From: a virus
IMG/VR virus record: IMGVR_UViG_3300027554_000002
Direction: 5' to 3' (one strand)
DNA length: 56,713 bases
In this document: piece after piece, positions 17,257 through 25,852 of the stretch
Numbering within the stretch: the stretch's first letter is position 1
Layout: each line of letters starts with the position of its first letter
Translations under genes and position numbers: made by a program
The notes under the pieces: generated by a model
Seen by the model: only the letters and a program-made list of their open reading frames with translations
The model's database searches: none
Told to the model about the DNA's origin: nothing

Positions 17257-17901
17257 ATGAGTACATTAAAAGAATTGAACGCTGCTGTAACTGCATCTAA
17301 CAAAGCAGTAACAGCTTCTGAAAAAGCTGTTGCAAAATTAGAAGGAGCAAAGACTCCGGACAAAGATGCAATCAAAGAAGCGAAAGCCGAATTGCGAACT
17401 GCTAAATCTGAAAACAAGAAAGCCGTCAATGCGGTGACCAAGTTTGAGAAAGCAGCAGAGCGCGAAGCTGCTAAGGAAGAGCGCGAAGCGGCTAAGGCTG
17501 AGAAAGCGAAAGAACGCGAAGCAGCTAAGCAAGAACGCGAAGCGGCCAAGGCTGCTAAAGCAGCAGAACGTGAAGCTAACGAAATGCCTGTTCAAAACGA
17601 TGTGCGTCATCCTAAGCCTGGTACCAAGTGTGATGAGTGCTGGGGTATCAACGAAGCGATTACAGTTAAACTAGGGCAGACTGCGCCTATTGCGCATGTT
17701 CTTGAAGCTGGCCGTAAAGCTGGCCTTGAAGACGCTACGCTCAAGACTCAATATGCTCGTTGGAGAAAATTCAACGGCATTACAGGTCGAGTTGTTGACC
17801 CTGTTAAGGAAGCCGCAGCAGAAAAAGCCGCAGAAGAAAAAGCGAAAGCGAAAGCGAAAGCTGCTAAGGATAAGGCTGCTAAACTAGCGAAAGCAGCATA
17901 A
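17257..17901 (+). CDS. Lys/Ala/Glu-rich protein (214 aa) with five EREAAK repeats, the shared module (paralog C) and a KA-rich basic tail
   Basis: ORF track; AAGGA RBS; module at 17587..17778. Confidence 0.7.
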   Translation: MSTLKELNAAVTASNKAVTASEKAVAKLEGAKTPDKDAIKEAKAELRTAKSENKKAVNAVTKFEKAAEREAAKEEREAAKAEKAKEREAAKQEREAAKAAKAAEREANEMPVQNDVRHPKPGTKCDECWGINEAITVKLGQTAPIAHVLEAGRKAGLEDATLKTQYARWRKFNGITGRVVDPVKEAAAEKAAEEKAKAKAKAAKDKAAKLAKAA

Positions 17902-17931
17902 CGAACTTCAGTTAAGCCCTGAAGGTAGGTT

Positions 17932-17971
17932 GGCGGAAAGATTCCTCACAGTCTCTTTCCGCCTTTTTTTG
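17932..17971 (+). terminator. Rho-independent terminator (10-bp GC-rich stem plus T7)
   Basis: ggcggaaaga-N12-tctttccgcc followed by ttttttt. Confidence 0.8.
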
Positions 17972-18000
17972 TTCCCGTCTATAAATGAGATCCTCTAAGT

Positions 18001-18708
18001 ATGAAACCAAACGTTCAAGTTATCGAAAAACGAATCGCTTCTAATGGCGCCGAAATAGATATTGTAGATGTCTTTTTAACTATACAAGGGGAAGGACCTT
18101 TTACCGGTCGTCCTGCTATCTTTATTAGGCTCGCTGGATGCAACTTGCAATGTCCAGGCTGTGATACGGACTACACTAGCAATAGAGAATCTTTTGAATA
18201 CGGCAGTATTATTGATAAGGTAGTTGACTTAGATAATTTTAATGACTTTCATAATGCGCCTACTCTCGTTGTTATCACAGGAGGCGAACCTTTCAGACAG
18301 AACATTACTGCATTATGTAATAAACTTATCGAACTTACTTACGAAGTCCAAGTAGAAACAAATGGTTCTTTCGCGCCCATAGGTGCGCTAGATAAAAATG
18401 TGGTTATTGTGTGCAGTCCGAAAACTGGATCTGTAAACAAAGAAATCCAAGAACTTGCTTCTTGTTATAAATACGTCATGGCTGCTGACAGTGTAGATCC
18501 AGAAGACGGGTTACCTATACAAGCTTTACAGCATGCGGTAAAATCTAAGCTCGCACGTCCTCCCAAAGGTATGCCTGTATATTTGCAACCTATGGATGCG
18601 CAAGATACCAAAGTGAATGAGGCAAACTTAAAAGCCGTCCTCGATAGCTGCATGAAGTTTAATTACCGATTGCAAATTCAAATTCATAAAATTTTAGGAG
18701 TTGATTAA
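18001..18708 (+). CDS. queE: 7-carboxy-7-deazaguanine synthase QueE (radical SAM)
   Basis: FLTIQGEGPFTGRPAIFIRLAGCNLQCPGCDT (C-x3-C-x2-C). Confidence 0.85.
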   Translation: MKPNVQVIEKRIASNGAEIDIVDVFLTIQGEGPFTGRPAIFIRLAGCNLQCPGCDTDYTSNRESFEYGSIIDKVVDLDNFNDFHNAPTLVVITGGEPFRQNITALCNKLIELTYEVQVETNGSFAPIGALDKNVVIVCSPKTGSVNKEIQELASCYKYVMAADSVDPEDGLPIQALQHAVKSKLARPPKGMPVYLQPMDAQDTKVNEANLKAVLDSCMKFNYRLQIQIHKILGVD

Positions 18709-19400
18709 TGATACACACAGATAAGAAAGCGCTTGTCGTTCTTAGCGGCGGTCAAGATAGCGTTACGTGTTTAGGTGTTGCGCTTAAACAATATGGAAAC
18801 GTCGAGGCTATTTGTTTCGAGTATGGACAAAGACATACTATAGAGCTCGAACAAGCTGAACAGGTGTGTAGGATGTTTAACGTCAACCTTGTGGAGCATA
18901 CAATTCCTTCATTAGAAACGCTTGCTGATAGTGCGCTTATTGGAGGTAAAGGTGATGTCAGCGATAAGCATCATGACCACAAAGACTTGCCAGCTTCTTT
19001 TGTCCCAAATCGAAACGCGCTATTCATTACGATCGCTCATGCTTATGCGCAGAAGATAAAAGCTGATCATCTTATACTAGGCGTATGTGAAACAGATTAC
19101 AGCGGGTATCCAGACTGTCGTGCTGCATTTATTGATGCGATGGAAGAAACGTTAAACCTTGGCTATCAGACAGCCATTAGAATTAGAACTCCTTTAATGT
19201 ACATCGACAAAGCAGCTACTTTCCAATTAGCTGAAGATGTAGATTTCTTAAATGTTGTGTTGGAACATAGCCACACCTGCTATAACGGCATCCGTAATAC
19301 TAAACACGAATGGGGGTATGGTTGTGCTCAATGTCCCGCTTGTGAATTGCGGGCAAAAGGTTACGATGCTTATCTAGCAAATAGAAAGCAAACCGCTTAG
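18708..19400 (+). CDS. queC: 7-cyano-7-deazaguanine (preQ0) synthase QueC
   Basis: VVLSGGQDSVTC PP-loop and a C-terminal Zn Cys cluster (CYNG...CAQCPAC). At 230 aa it has no fused amidotransferase domain. Confidence 0.85.
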   Translation: MIHTDKKALVVLSGGQDSVTCLGVALKQYGNVEAICFEYGQRHTIELEQAEQVCRMFNVNLVEHTIPSLETLADSALIGGKGDVSDKHHDHKDLPASFVPNRNALFITIAHAYAQKIKADHLILGVCETDYSGYPDCRAAFIDAMEETLNLGYQTAIRIRTPLMYIDKAATFQLAEDVDFLNVVLEHSHTCYNGIRNTKHEWGYGCAQCPACELRAKGYDAYLANRKQTA

Positions 19401-19430
19401 CATAGGCTTACAACTTAAAAGGAATACTAC

Positions 19431-19859
19431 ATGAAAATAATAGCAAGCAGGTATCATGATTTCTGTATGGGGCATCGTGTTGTAGGTCATGAAGGCAAGT
19501 GCAAGAACTTTCACGGCCATAACTACCGTTTCACATTTGAGTGTGAATGTCTAACTGTTGGAGGGCTTGATGTTCTTGGGCGTGTTATAGATTTTAGTGT
19601 TATCAAGTCTACTCTTTGTCAGTGGCTTGAAGAAAACTGGGATCATAAAATGATGCTGTGGGACCAAGATCCTTATGTAGACGCTATGAAAGAAATGGAC
19701 AACGAAGTATTCTCTGTGCCATTTAATCCAACAGCTGAAAACATAGGCAAATATTTCTTAGAAGAGATTGCGCCGGAATTGTTATTAGATACTGGAGTCT
19801 CTTTAACTCGCATACAAGTTGAAGAGACTCGTAAGTGCTCAGCTATAGTGGAACTCTAA
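19431..19859 (+). CDS. queD: 6-carboxy-5,6,7,8-tetrahydropterin synthase QueD
   Basis: FCMGHRV...CKNFHGHNYRF His triad pattern. Confidence 0.8.
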   Translation: MKIIASRYHDFCMGHRVVGHEGKCKNFHGHNYRFTFECECLTVGGLDVLGRVIDFSVIKSTLCQWLEENWDHKMMLWDQDPYVDAMKEMDNEVFSVPFNPTAENIGKYFLEEIAPELLLDTGVSLTRIQVEETRKCSAIVEL

Positions 19860-19861
19860 TA

Positions 19862-20431
19862 ATGGATCGTAAAGAGCTGGAACTTATTGTTGGCCGCATG
19901 CTATTTGAAATTGAGCCTACTGAAGAAGATATCTTACGCGAAGGGCTTTTAGAAACACCTGTTCGCGTTGCCAAAGCTATGGAGCATTGGTTTAATGGAT
20001 ATGATAAAAACCCTAAAGACATCCTCAAAGTATTTGAGGATGGAGCTGAAGACTATGATCAAATGATTGTAGTTAAAGACATCCCCATCTATAGCAAGTG
20101 TGAACACCACATGGCGGATATCTTTGGGACTTGCACTATCGCTTATGTACCTAACGGTAAGATTGTAGGCTTGTCTAAATTGTCCAGGCTTGCTGACATG
20201 TACGCTCGTCGTTTGCAAGTGCAAGAACGTTTGACGCAACAGATAGCGAACGCTTTACAGAAACATCTAGAGCCTATAGGTGTTGGCGTTATGATTAAGG
20301 CACGTCATATGTGTATGGAGTCTCGCGGCATTTGCCAGCAAGGACACTGCACAATTACATCCGCTTTGCATGGTGCTATTAAAAACAACACCACAGCAAG
20401 AGCTGAGTTCTTATCGCTAGCTAGTAGTTAA
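19862..20431 (+). CDS. folE: GTP cyclohydrolase I FolE
   Basis: ETPVRVAKA, SKCEHHM, GLSKLSR, QVQERLT motifs. Start taken at ATG 19862, just after the queD stop. Confidence 0.85.
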   Translation: MDRKELELIVGRMLFEIEPTEEDILREGLLETPVRVAKAMEHWFNGYDKNPKDILKVFEDGAEDYDQMIVVKDIPIYSKCEHHMADIFGTCTIAYVPNGKIVGLSKLSRLADMYARRLQVQERLTQQIANALQKHLEPIGVGVMIKARHMCMESRGICQQGHCTITSALHGAIKNNTTARAEFLSLASS

Positions 20432-20450
20432 ACCTTGGATTGTCAGCAAC

Positions 20451-21368
20451 ATGAATATCTATATGGCGGCACTGCACTCGAACGGGTATAGACACACAAA
20501 CCGCTACGAGAAGTTAAACGATAGAGAGAAACATGTTGTTGACAATCTCCCACATCTTTTAGAATCGTACCACTACATACACAAAGACAGTTTTGTTCAA
20601 GCTATACGCGAGAAAGGTGATTTGGTTTTTCTTGATTCCGGCGCATTCTCTGCTTATACTCTAGGCGTTACTATTGACTTGCCTGGGTATTGCGATTACA
20701 TAAAAAAGAACGCTGATATACTACGCTATGAAGATAATTCTGTTATGGCTTCTGTGTTGGATGGTATTGGCGACCCTCAAAAGACTTATGAAAACCAATT
20801 AGCGATGGAGTCGTTAGGTGTACGTCCGCTGCCCTGCTTTCACTACGGTGAAGACGAACGTTATTTTGAATGGTATATGAAAAACTACGATTACATTACT
20901 ATAGGAGGCATGGTAGGCAAGTCTAGTCAAAATTTAATTAAATGGCTAGACAGATTATGGGAGCGTTATGTTATCGACGGAAGCGGTACGCCTCGTGTTA
21001 AACTGCACGCATTCGGTATTACTGCTATACCTATAATGAAAAGATATCCATGGTACAGTGTAGATTCGTCCTCTTGGATTCAGTCAGCAGCGTTCGGAAC
21101 TGTAATAACTCCGGAGTTTGGAGCAGTGAGCGTATCCTCACAATCGCCTAGCAGGCACAAAGCAGGACAACACGTAAGCACGTTAAGACATTTGGATCGC
21201 AAGTATGTGATGGATATGTTTATCGAACAAGGTTTTGACTATGAAAGGCTGTCCACAGTATACGAATCTAGAGCAGCGTATAACTTGTGGTCATTCACTG
21301 AAATAAGCAAACAACTAGCAGCAATAGGAAATAAGACTTTTCAACCCGACATACAGGAATTATTTTAA
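20451..21368 (+). CDS. dpdA: DpdA-like DNA-guanine transglycosylase (TGT superfamily)
   Basis: FLDSGAFS, LHAFGIT, VDSSSW resemble TGT/DpdA active-site segments. The gene directly follows the preQ0 pathway genes. Confidence 0.7.
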   Translation: MNIYMAALHSNGYRHTNRYEKLNDREKHVVDNLPHLLESYHYIHKDSFVQAIREKGDLVFLDSGAFSAYTLGVTIDLPGYCDYIKKNADILRYEDNSVMASVLDGIGDPQKTYENQLAMESLGVRPLPCFHYGEDERYFEWYMKNYDYITIGGMVGKSSQNLIKWLDRLWERYVIDGSGTPRVKLHAFGITAIPIMKRYPWYSVDSSSWIQSAAFGTVITPEFGAVSVSSQSPSRHKAGQHVSTLRHLDRKYVMDMFIEQGFDYERLSTVYESRAAYNLWSFTEISKQLAAIGNKTFQPDIQELF

Positions 21369-21604
21369 TGCAGGTACTAAACCAAAAACAACTAGATAGT
21401 ATCAAAAATACTATTGCTATCCAATGCTCTGAAGGTAATTGGAACGCAGATCCTTACATGCTAGGTATGGCGAACGGGATGTTATTAATCCAATCTATTA
21501 TTGACAATACTGAACCTGAATATTTAAAAGGACCTAAAAAATGGACAGGTATAAGGTCGTTAGACATAGTTAGAGAGAATCCATATAATGATAAAAGAAC
21601 TTAA
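21368..21604 (+). CDS. Hypothetical protein (78 aa), translationally coupled to dpdA
   Basis: TAATG stop/start overlap with dpdA. Confidence 0.55.
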   Translation: MQVLNQKQLDSIKNTIAIQCSEGNWNADPYMLGMANGMLLIQSIIDNTEPEYLKGPKKWTGIRSLDIVRENPYNDKRT

Positions 21605-22547
21605 ATTTGTACAGGGCGCGGTATCTAGTAAAGGTTTCACTCCAGAGCTAAGTCATTTCAAAATAAAAGAGGGTGTCGTGCAAAGCTATAACGGCTCGCT
21701 TGCATTAAGTACACCTATCGCATTTGATATCGATTGTATTCCTAAAGCTGCGCCGTTCGTTAAGGCCATTAGTAACTGTGACGAAACAGTGACTATGAGT
21801 ATGACACCGGCGGGCAGGCTTGCTATTAAATCAGGTAAGTTTCGAGCGTATATTGAATGTCTTGATCCGGGCACTGCACTTGCTCACGTTGAACCTACGG
21901 GCGATGCTTTCGAAATTAATGGAGAGGGCTTGCTTACTGCTCTTAAAACCATAGTCCCGTTTATAGGCAACGACGCTTCCAGGCCTTGGACTAATGGCGT
22001 ACTGCTAGCAGGGAACAGCGCTTTCGCTACTAATAATGTCACAGTTGTTGAATACTGGATAGGCACAGAGTTCCCGTTAAAATGTAATGTACCTAAGGAA
22101 GCTATTCGCGAGATGCTACGTATTAATGAAGCGCCTATATCTGCACAAGCAGACGAGTCTAGTATTAGCTTTCATTATGCCGATAAACGTTGGGTTCGCT
22201 GCCAGTTGTTAGCTACGGACTGGCCTGACATTAATGCTATCGTCAGCAAAGAATGCAACGCTTCTGAAATTAATCCAGAATTATTTAATGCGATAAATGT
22301 AGTTAAGCCTTTTGTTGATGATGCAGGCAGAATATATTTCAATGAGGACGTTATACGCACCAGCGTTATAGACAGTGAAGGAGCTACGCACGAAGTTGAA
22401 GGTATTCCCGATGAAGGTGTTTATAATTATGAGATGCTTAACTTGCTTAAGAATACAGCAACTCATGTTGATTTTAGTTTATATCCCAAGCCTTGTATTT
22501 TCTACGGAACTAATCTTCGAGGTGCGATAGTAGGTATGCGCACCTAA
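21588..22547 (+). CDS. Beta-clamp-like (DnaN-like) sliding clamp (319 aa)
   Basis: Repeated-domain layout with DnaN-like segments (FKIKEGVVQSYNGSLALSTPI; PFIGNDASRPWTNGVLL...FATNNVTVVEY). Sits directly upstream of the polymerase. Confidence 0.55.
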   Translation: MIKELKFVQGAVSSKGFTPELSHFKIKEGVVQSYNGSLALSTPIAFDIDCIPKAAPFVKAISNCDETVTMSMTPAGRLAIKSGKFRAYIECLDPGTALAHVEPTGDAFEINGEGLLTALKTIVPFIGNDASRPWTNGVLLAGNSAFATNNVTVVEYWIGTEFPLKCNVPKEAIREMLRINEAPISAQADESSISFHYADKRWVRCQLLATDWPDINAIVSKECNASEINPELFNAINVVKPFVDDAGRIYFNEDVIRTSVIDSEGATHEVEGIPDEGVYNYEMLNLLKNTATHVDFSLYPKPCIFYGTNLRGAIVGMRT

Positions 22548-24718
22548 TGCGAAGCGATGCTCTAGGTCTTTTTTGGGAAGACGTTAACGCAAAATTAACA
22601 AAGAAAAAAGACTTGCTCTATGAACAAGATTGGACTGAGCTTGCGCCTGGGCGTTGGATACGGGCGTATCTTATGGAACTTAATCCGGAAGACGATAATT
22701 TACAAAAGACATTATCTGTAGACGAAGCGTATCTTGAAGCTAAGGCTAGTAAGCAAAATATAAAAGCAGAACCGCCAGATCCTGTTTGGCTTGCTGATGA
22801 TTATTTGCCCGGGTTAGAAGAAGCTCTAGCTTTTGATATTGAACTGTATACGGACGAACAGCTCGTTGAAGATGGATTATCTTGGCACACCCATCCTGAA
22901 GGTCGAAAACACATACTTATATTTGACGTTGAGTCTTATATTAATTACTTTCTAGTAGCTTTTAAATCTCTAACCAACAAAAAAGTTGTGTACTTTGAAA
23001 TCTCTGAAACTGCTGTTGAAATGGATTTACGTAAACTCGCCTGGGTGTTTGAAAGCTTCTGCGTTGTAGGTTTCAACTCCAAGAATTATGACTTACCTAT
23101 ATGTTCATTGGCGCTTGCAGGTTACGGGTATGAAACGCTTAAGAAGTTTACTAATAATATAATCGTTAACGAAGAAAAGTATTGGCATTTATTGCGCAGT
23201 GCTAAGGTGAAGTTAATTGAGTGTAACCACATTGATTTATTCGACGTCGCGCCGTTACGTGCGAGTCTTAAACTTTATGGCGGACGTATACATGTGAGGA
23301 AGATGCAGGACTTACCTTTTCCATCGGAAATAAACCTGTCGTTCAATCAGGTAGCTATAACTCGCCTGTACTGTATTAATGATTTAGATAATACAGCGGA
23401 GCTCTATAATAAGTTAAGTAAGGATCTAGCTTTGCGCGAAACACTAAGCCTGGAGAACGGTATAGACTTACGTTCCAAATCTGATGCGCAAATCGCAGAA
23501 GCAATTATAGGCAAAGAAGTTGAGAGTCTTAACGGATACAAGGCATACCCGCCTAAAATAATTCCAGGCCAAACGTTTTACTATAAAGTTCCAGAGTTTA
23601 TAGAGTACGAAAGCGAATTAATGAAGTACGTTATAAACCAAATAGCTAACACTCCACTCGTAGTATCTGAAATAGGTCGTGTAGACTTGCCTAAGAGTCT
23701 TAAGGACTTGCCTGTTAAAATTAATGAAAGCACCTATCGCATGGGTATAGGCGGATTGCATAGTTCGGAAAAGTCTGTATCCCATTACAAAACAAAAGAC
23801 CATATCCTTGTAGACCGCGATGTCGCGTCTTACTACCCGCGCATAATATTAAACCAAGCATTGTATCCATCACACTTAGGAACTAACTTTCTGCAAGTGT
23901 ATAACACTATTGTAGAGCGTCGCTTAGAAGCTAAGGCCGCAGGCAACAAGACTGTCGCAGACACACTTAAAATCACTATTAACGGAACGTTCGGTAAGCT
24001 TGGAAGTAGATGGTCTATTCTGTATAGCCCGGACCTTTTAATTCAAGTTACGTTGACTGGACAGCTCGCGTTACTAATGTTAATAGAGCGAATGGAGCTT
24101 GCCGGTATTCCTGTGGTTAGCGCCAACACAGATGGAATAATAATGAAATGCCCTACAGGTAAAATAGATGAAATGGAATCTATCGTAACTGACTGGGAAT
24201 ACGACACTAACTTTGAAACGGAAGCCACTTACTACAAATCAGTCCACAGTCGCGACGTTAACAATTACATCGCTATCGTAGATGAGCCCGAAGAGAATGA
24301 AGATAAAGCAAAATTAAAAGGCGTATTTTCAGATCCAGGCTTAAAAAAGAATCCTCAAACTAATGTCTGTATTGATGCTGTAAACAACTACCTTATAGAT
24401 CGCAAGCCTATAACCACAACAATTAAAGAATGCCAAGAGCTGTGGAAATTCGTTAGCGTTCGCACAGTAAACGGAGGTGCGGTTAAACTATATGAAAAGG
24501 ATGAGCCTGGATTGTATTTAGGCAAAGCGATAAGATGGTATTACGCGCTTAATCAAGTGGGGCCCATAGTGTACGCAAAGTCCGGAAACAAAGTACCCAA
24601 GAGCGATGGAGCGAAGCCAGTAATGGAAATGCCAGATGAACTGCCTGATGATATAGATTACGACTGGTATATACGAGAAGCGTACGACATACTGAGTAAA
24701 ATTGACGTCGTAGCATAA
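22547..24718 (+). CDS. Family-B DNA polymerase (723 aa)
   Basis: ExoI ILIFDVES; motif A DRDVASYYPRII (DxxSLYPS-like); motif B KITINGTFGKLG (KxxxNSxYG-like); motif C ANTDGI. Confidence 0.7.
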   Translation: MRSDALGLFWEDVNAKLTKKKDLLYEQDWTELAPGRWIRAYLMELNPEDDNLQKTLSVDEAYLEAKASKQNIKAEPPDPVWLADDYLPGLEEALAFDIELYTDEQLVEDGLSWHTHPEGRKHILIFDVESYINYFLVAFKSLTNKKVVYFEISETAVEMDLRKLAWVFESFCVVGFNSKNYDLPICSLALAGYGYETLKKFTNNIIVNEEKYWHLLRSAKVKLIECNHIDLFDVAPLRASLKLYGGRIHVRKMQDLPFPSEINLSFNQVAITRLYCINDLDNTAELYNKLSKDLALRETLSLENGIDLRSKSDAQIAEAIIGKEVESLNGYKAYPPKIIPGQTFYYKVPEFIEYESELMKYVINQIANTPLVVSEIGRVDLPKSLKDLPVKINESTYRMGIGGLHSSEKSVSHYKTKDHILVDRDVASYYPRIILNQALYPSHLGTNFLQVYNTIVERRLEAKAAGNKTVADTLKITINGTFGKLGSRWSILYSPDLLIQVTLTGQLALLMLIERMELAGIPVVSANTDGIIMKCPTGKIDEMESIVTDWEYDTNFETEATYYKSVHSRDVNNYIAIVDEPEENEDKAKLKGVFSDPGLKKNPQTNVCIDAVNNYLIDRKPITTTIKECQELWKFVSVRTVNGGAVKLYEKDEPGLYLGKAIRWYYALNQVGPIVYAKSGNKVPKSDGAKPVMEMPDELPDDIDYDWYIREAYDILSKIDVVA

Positions 24719-24803
24719 GCGCTGTGTTGCTCTGTGCAGCGTTAAATAATTAGCGCTACTACCCTACAGGGCACCCCCTTAAACGCTTGCTATACAGCAG
24801 CAC

Positions 24804-24836
24804 GCAAAGCGCTACACATTACGCGAAGCGCTTTGC
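24804..24836. terminator. Perfect 10-bp hairpin in the convergent gap between the two arms (putative bidirectional terminator; no clear U-tract)
   Basis: gcaaagcgct-N13-agcgctttgc. Confidence 0.4.
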
Positions 24837-24874
24837 CTGTTTAGCTACGTATTACATTTTAAACAATATGCGGT

Positions 24875-25849
24875 TTACAATTGGTAGCCCGACGTTATCG
24901 TCCTCACAGGTTTAGTTTGAGGCTCCATTTTAAATGCACCATGACTTAACCACGGCAAGCATACTATAGCGGTATGTGTATTCTGCATTAGTAATTCAAA
25001 AACTACTGAATTTATAGTTGATGAACTATCTGAATCAATACTACCCGCAATATGATAAACAATGCCCGCCGTCAACTTATGATATGCCCCACCAGCTTCA
25101 CCGTTTGTGGTAGTCGCCTCAACACCGTTAATATATAGTTTTCCAATTGACGTAGGTGCATACCCCTTTGCATAGCCCCCATTAGTAAATTTAATATAAA
25201 AAGAGAAAGACGCTTTTCCGTTAGGTACTAAAGGTAATATATTATTCGTATGAAAAAAACGATAATGATTATTATAACCATTACCACTAGGACTTTCTTG
25301 ATTACCCGCCGTTACAATTCCTAATGCAAATGATGGTGTAAAAAGACTACAGCCTATCACATCAGCAAATTGTTTCACTGTAGCCGAAAGTGCAGCTCCA
25401 CCGCCGCCATATTCAGAACTTACATAAGAAAAACGACCAAATTCAGGCATGGTACTCATATTGGAACCGTTAAAACTGGATAAAAATTTGAATGCTCGAT
25501 TATTATAAATATCAGTGGCGGTGGCATATCCAAAATGTTTATCTAAGTATCCGCCGGGCGCTTCAATCATAGTGCCATGATCAGGCAAAAGGTTAGGTTG
25601 TGCGTTTTGTGCTGTTATGATTTGTCCCGCCGCCGCCGCATTAGCATTAATCGTATCGGCTAATGCAGTTTGCGCTTGCTGCGAAAACGTTTGCATAGCT
25701 AAACTATTAGTACGAACATCATTTGCTAATATTTGTAATTTATTAATCATTGATTCGTACTTATCAACCGCCGCCGTTGTTTCACCATCTAAGATAATGT
25801 CTGATGAAAGATCAACCGCATTGATAGGGACAATTTCAGTAATGCTCAT
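24875..25849 (-). CDS. Putative tail fibre / receptor-binding protein (324 aa)
   Basis: Last gene of the tail module; helical Ala/Gln-rich N-terminus followed by a beta-rich C-terminus. Confidence 0.45.
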   Translation of the reverse strand: MSITEIVPINAVDLSSDIILDGETTAAVDKYESMINKLQILANDVRTNSLAMQTFSQQAQTALADTINANAAAAGQIITAQNAQPNLLPDHGTMIEAPGGYLDKHFGYATATDIYNNRAFKFLSSFNGSNMSTMPEFGRFSYVSSEYGGGGAALSATVKQFADVIGCSLFTPSFALGIVTAGNQESPSGNGYNNHYRFFHTNNILPLVPNGKASFSFYIKFTNGGYAKGYAPTSIGKLYINGVEATTTNGEAGGAYHKLTAGIVYHIAGSIDSDSSSTINSVVFELLMQNTHTAIVCLPWLSHGAFKMEPQTKPVRTITSGYQL

Positions 25850-25852
25850 AAT

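Noticed and set aside
17220-17887. Four overlapping ORFs on both strands (17220..17549-, 17338..17610-, 17444..17674+, 17690..17887+)
   Set aside because: They are shadows of the repetitive Lys/Ala/Glu-rich gene 17257..17901, which has the RBS and the shared C-terminal module.
17900-18000. Possible preQ1 riboswitch in front of queE
   Set aside because: The two hairpins (cttcag...ctgaag, and the terminator stem) lack the conserved preQ1-I loop and the A-rich 3' tail. The second hairpin is a standard intrinsic terminator with a U7 tract.
24719-24874. tRNA or small RNA gene in the convergent gap (and in 2273..2837)
   Set aside because: I could not fold a cloverleaf or find a GTTCRANYC T-loop box. 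The gap is explained by terminator hairpins.
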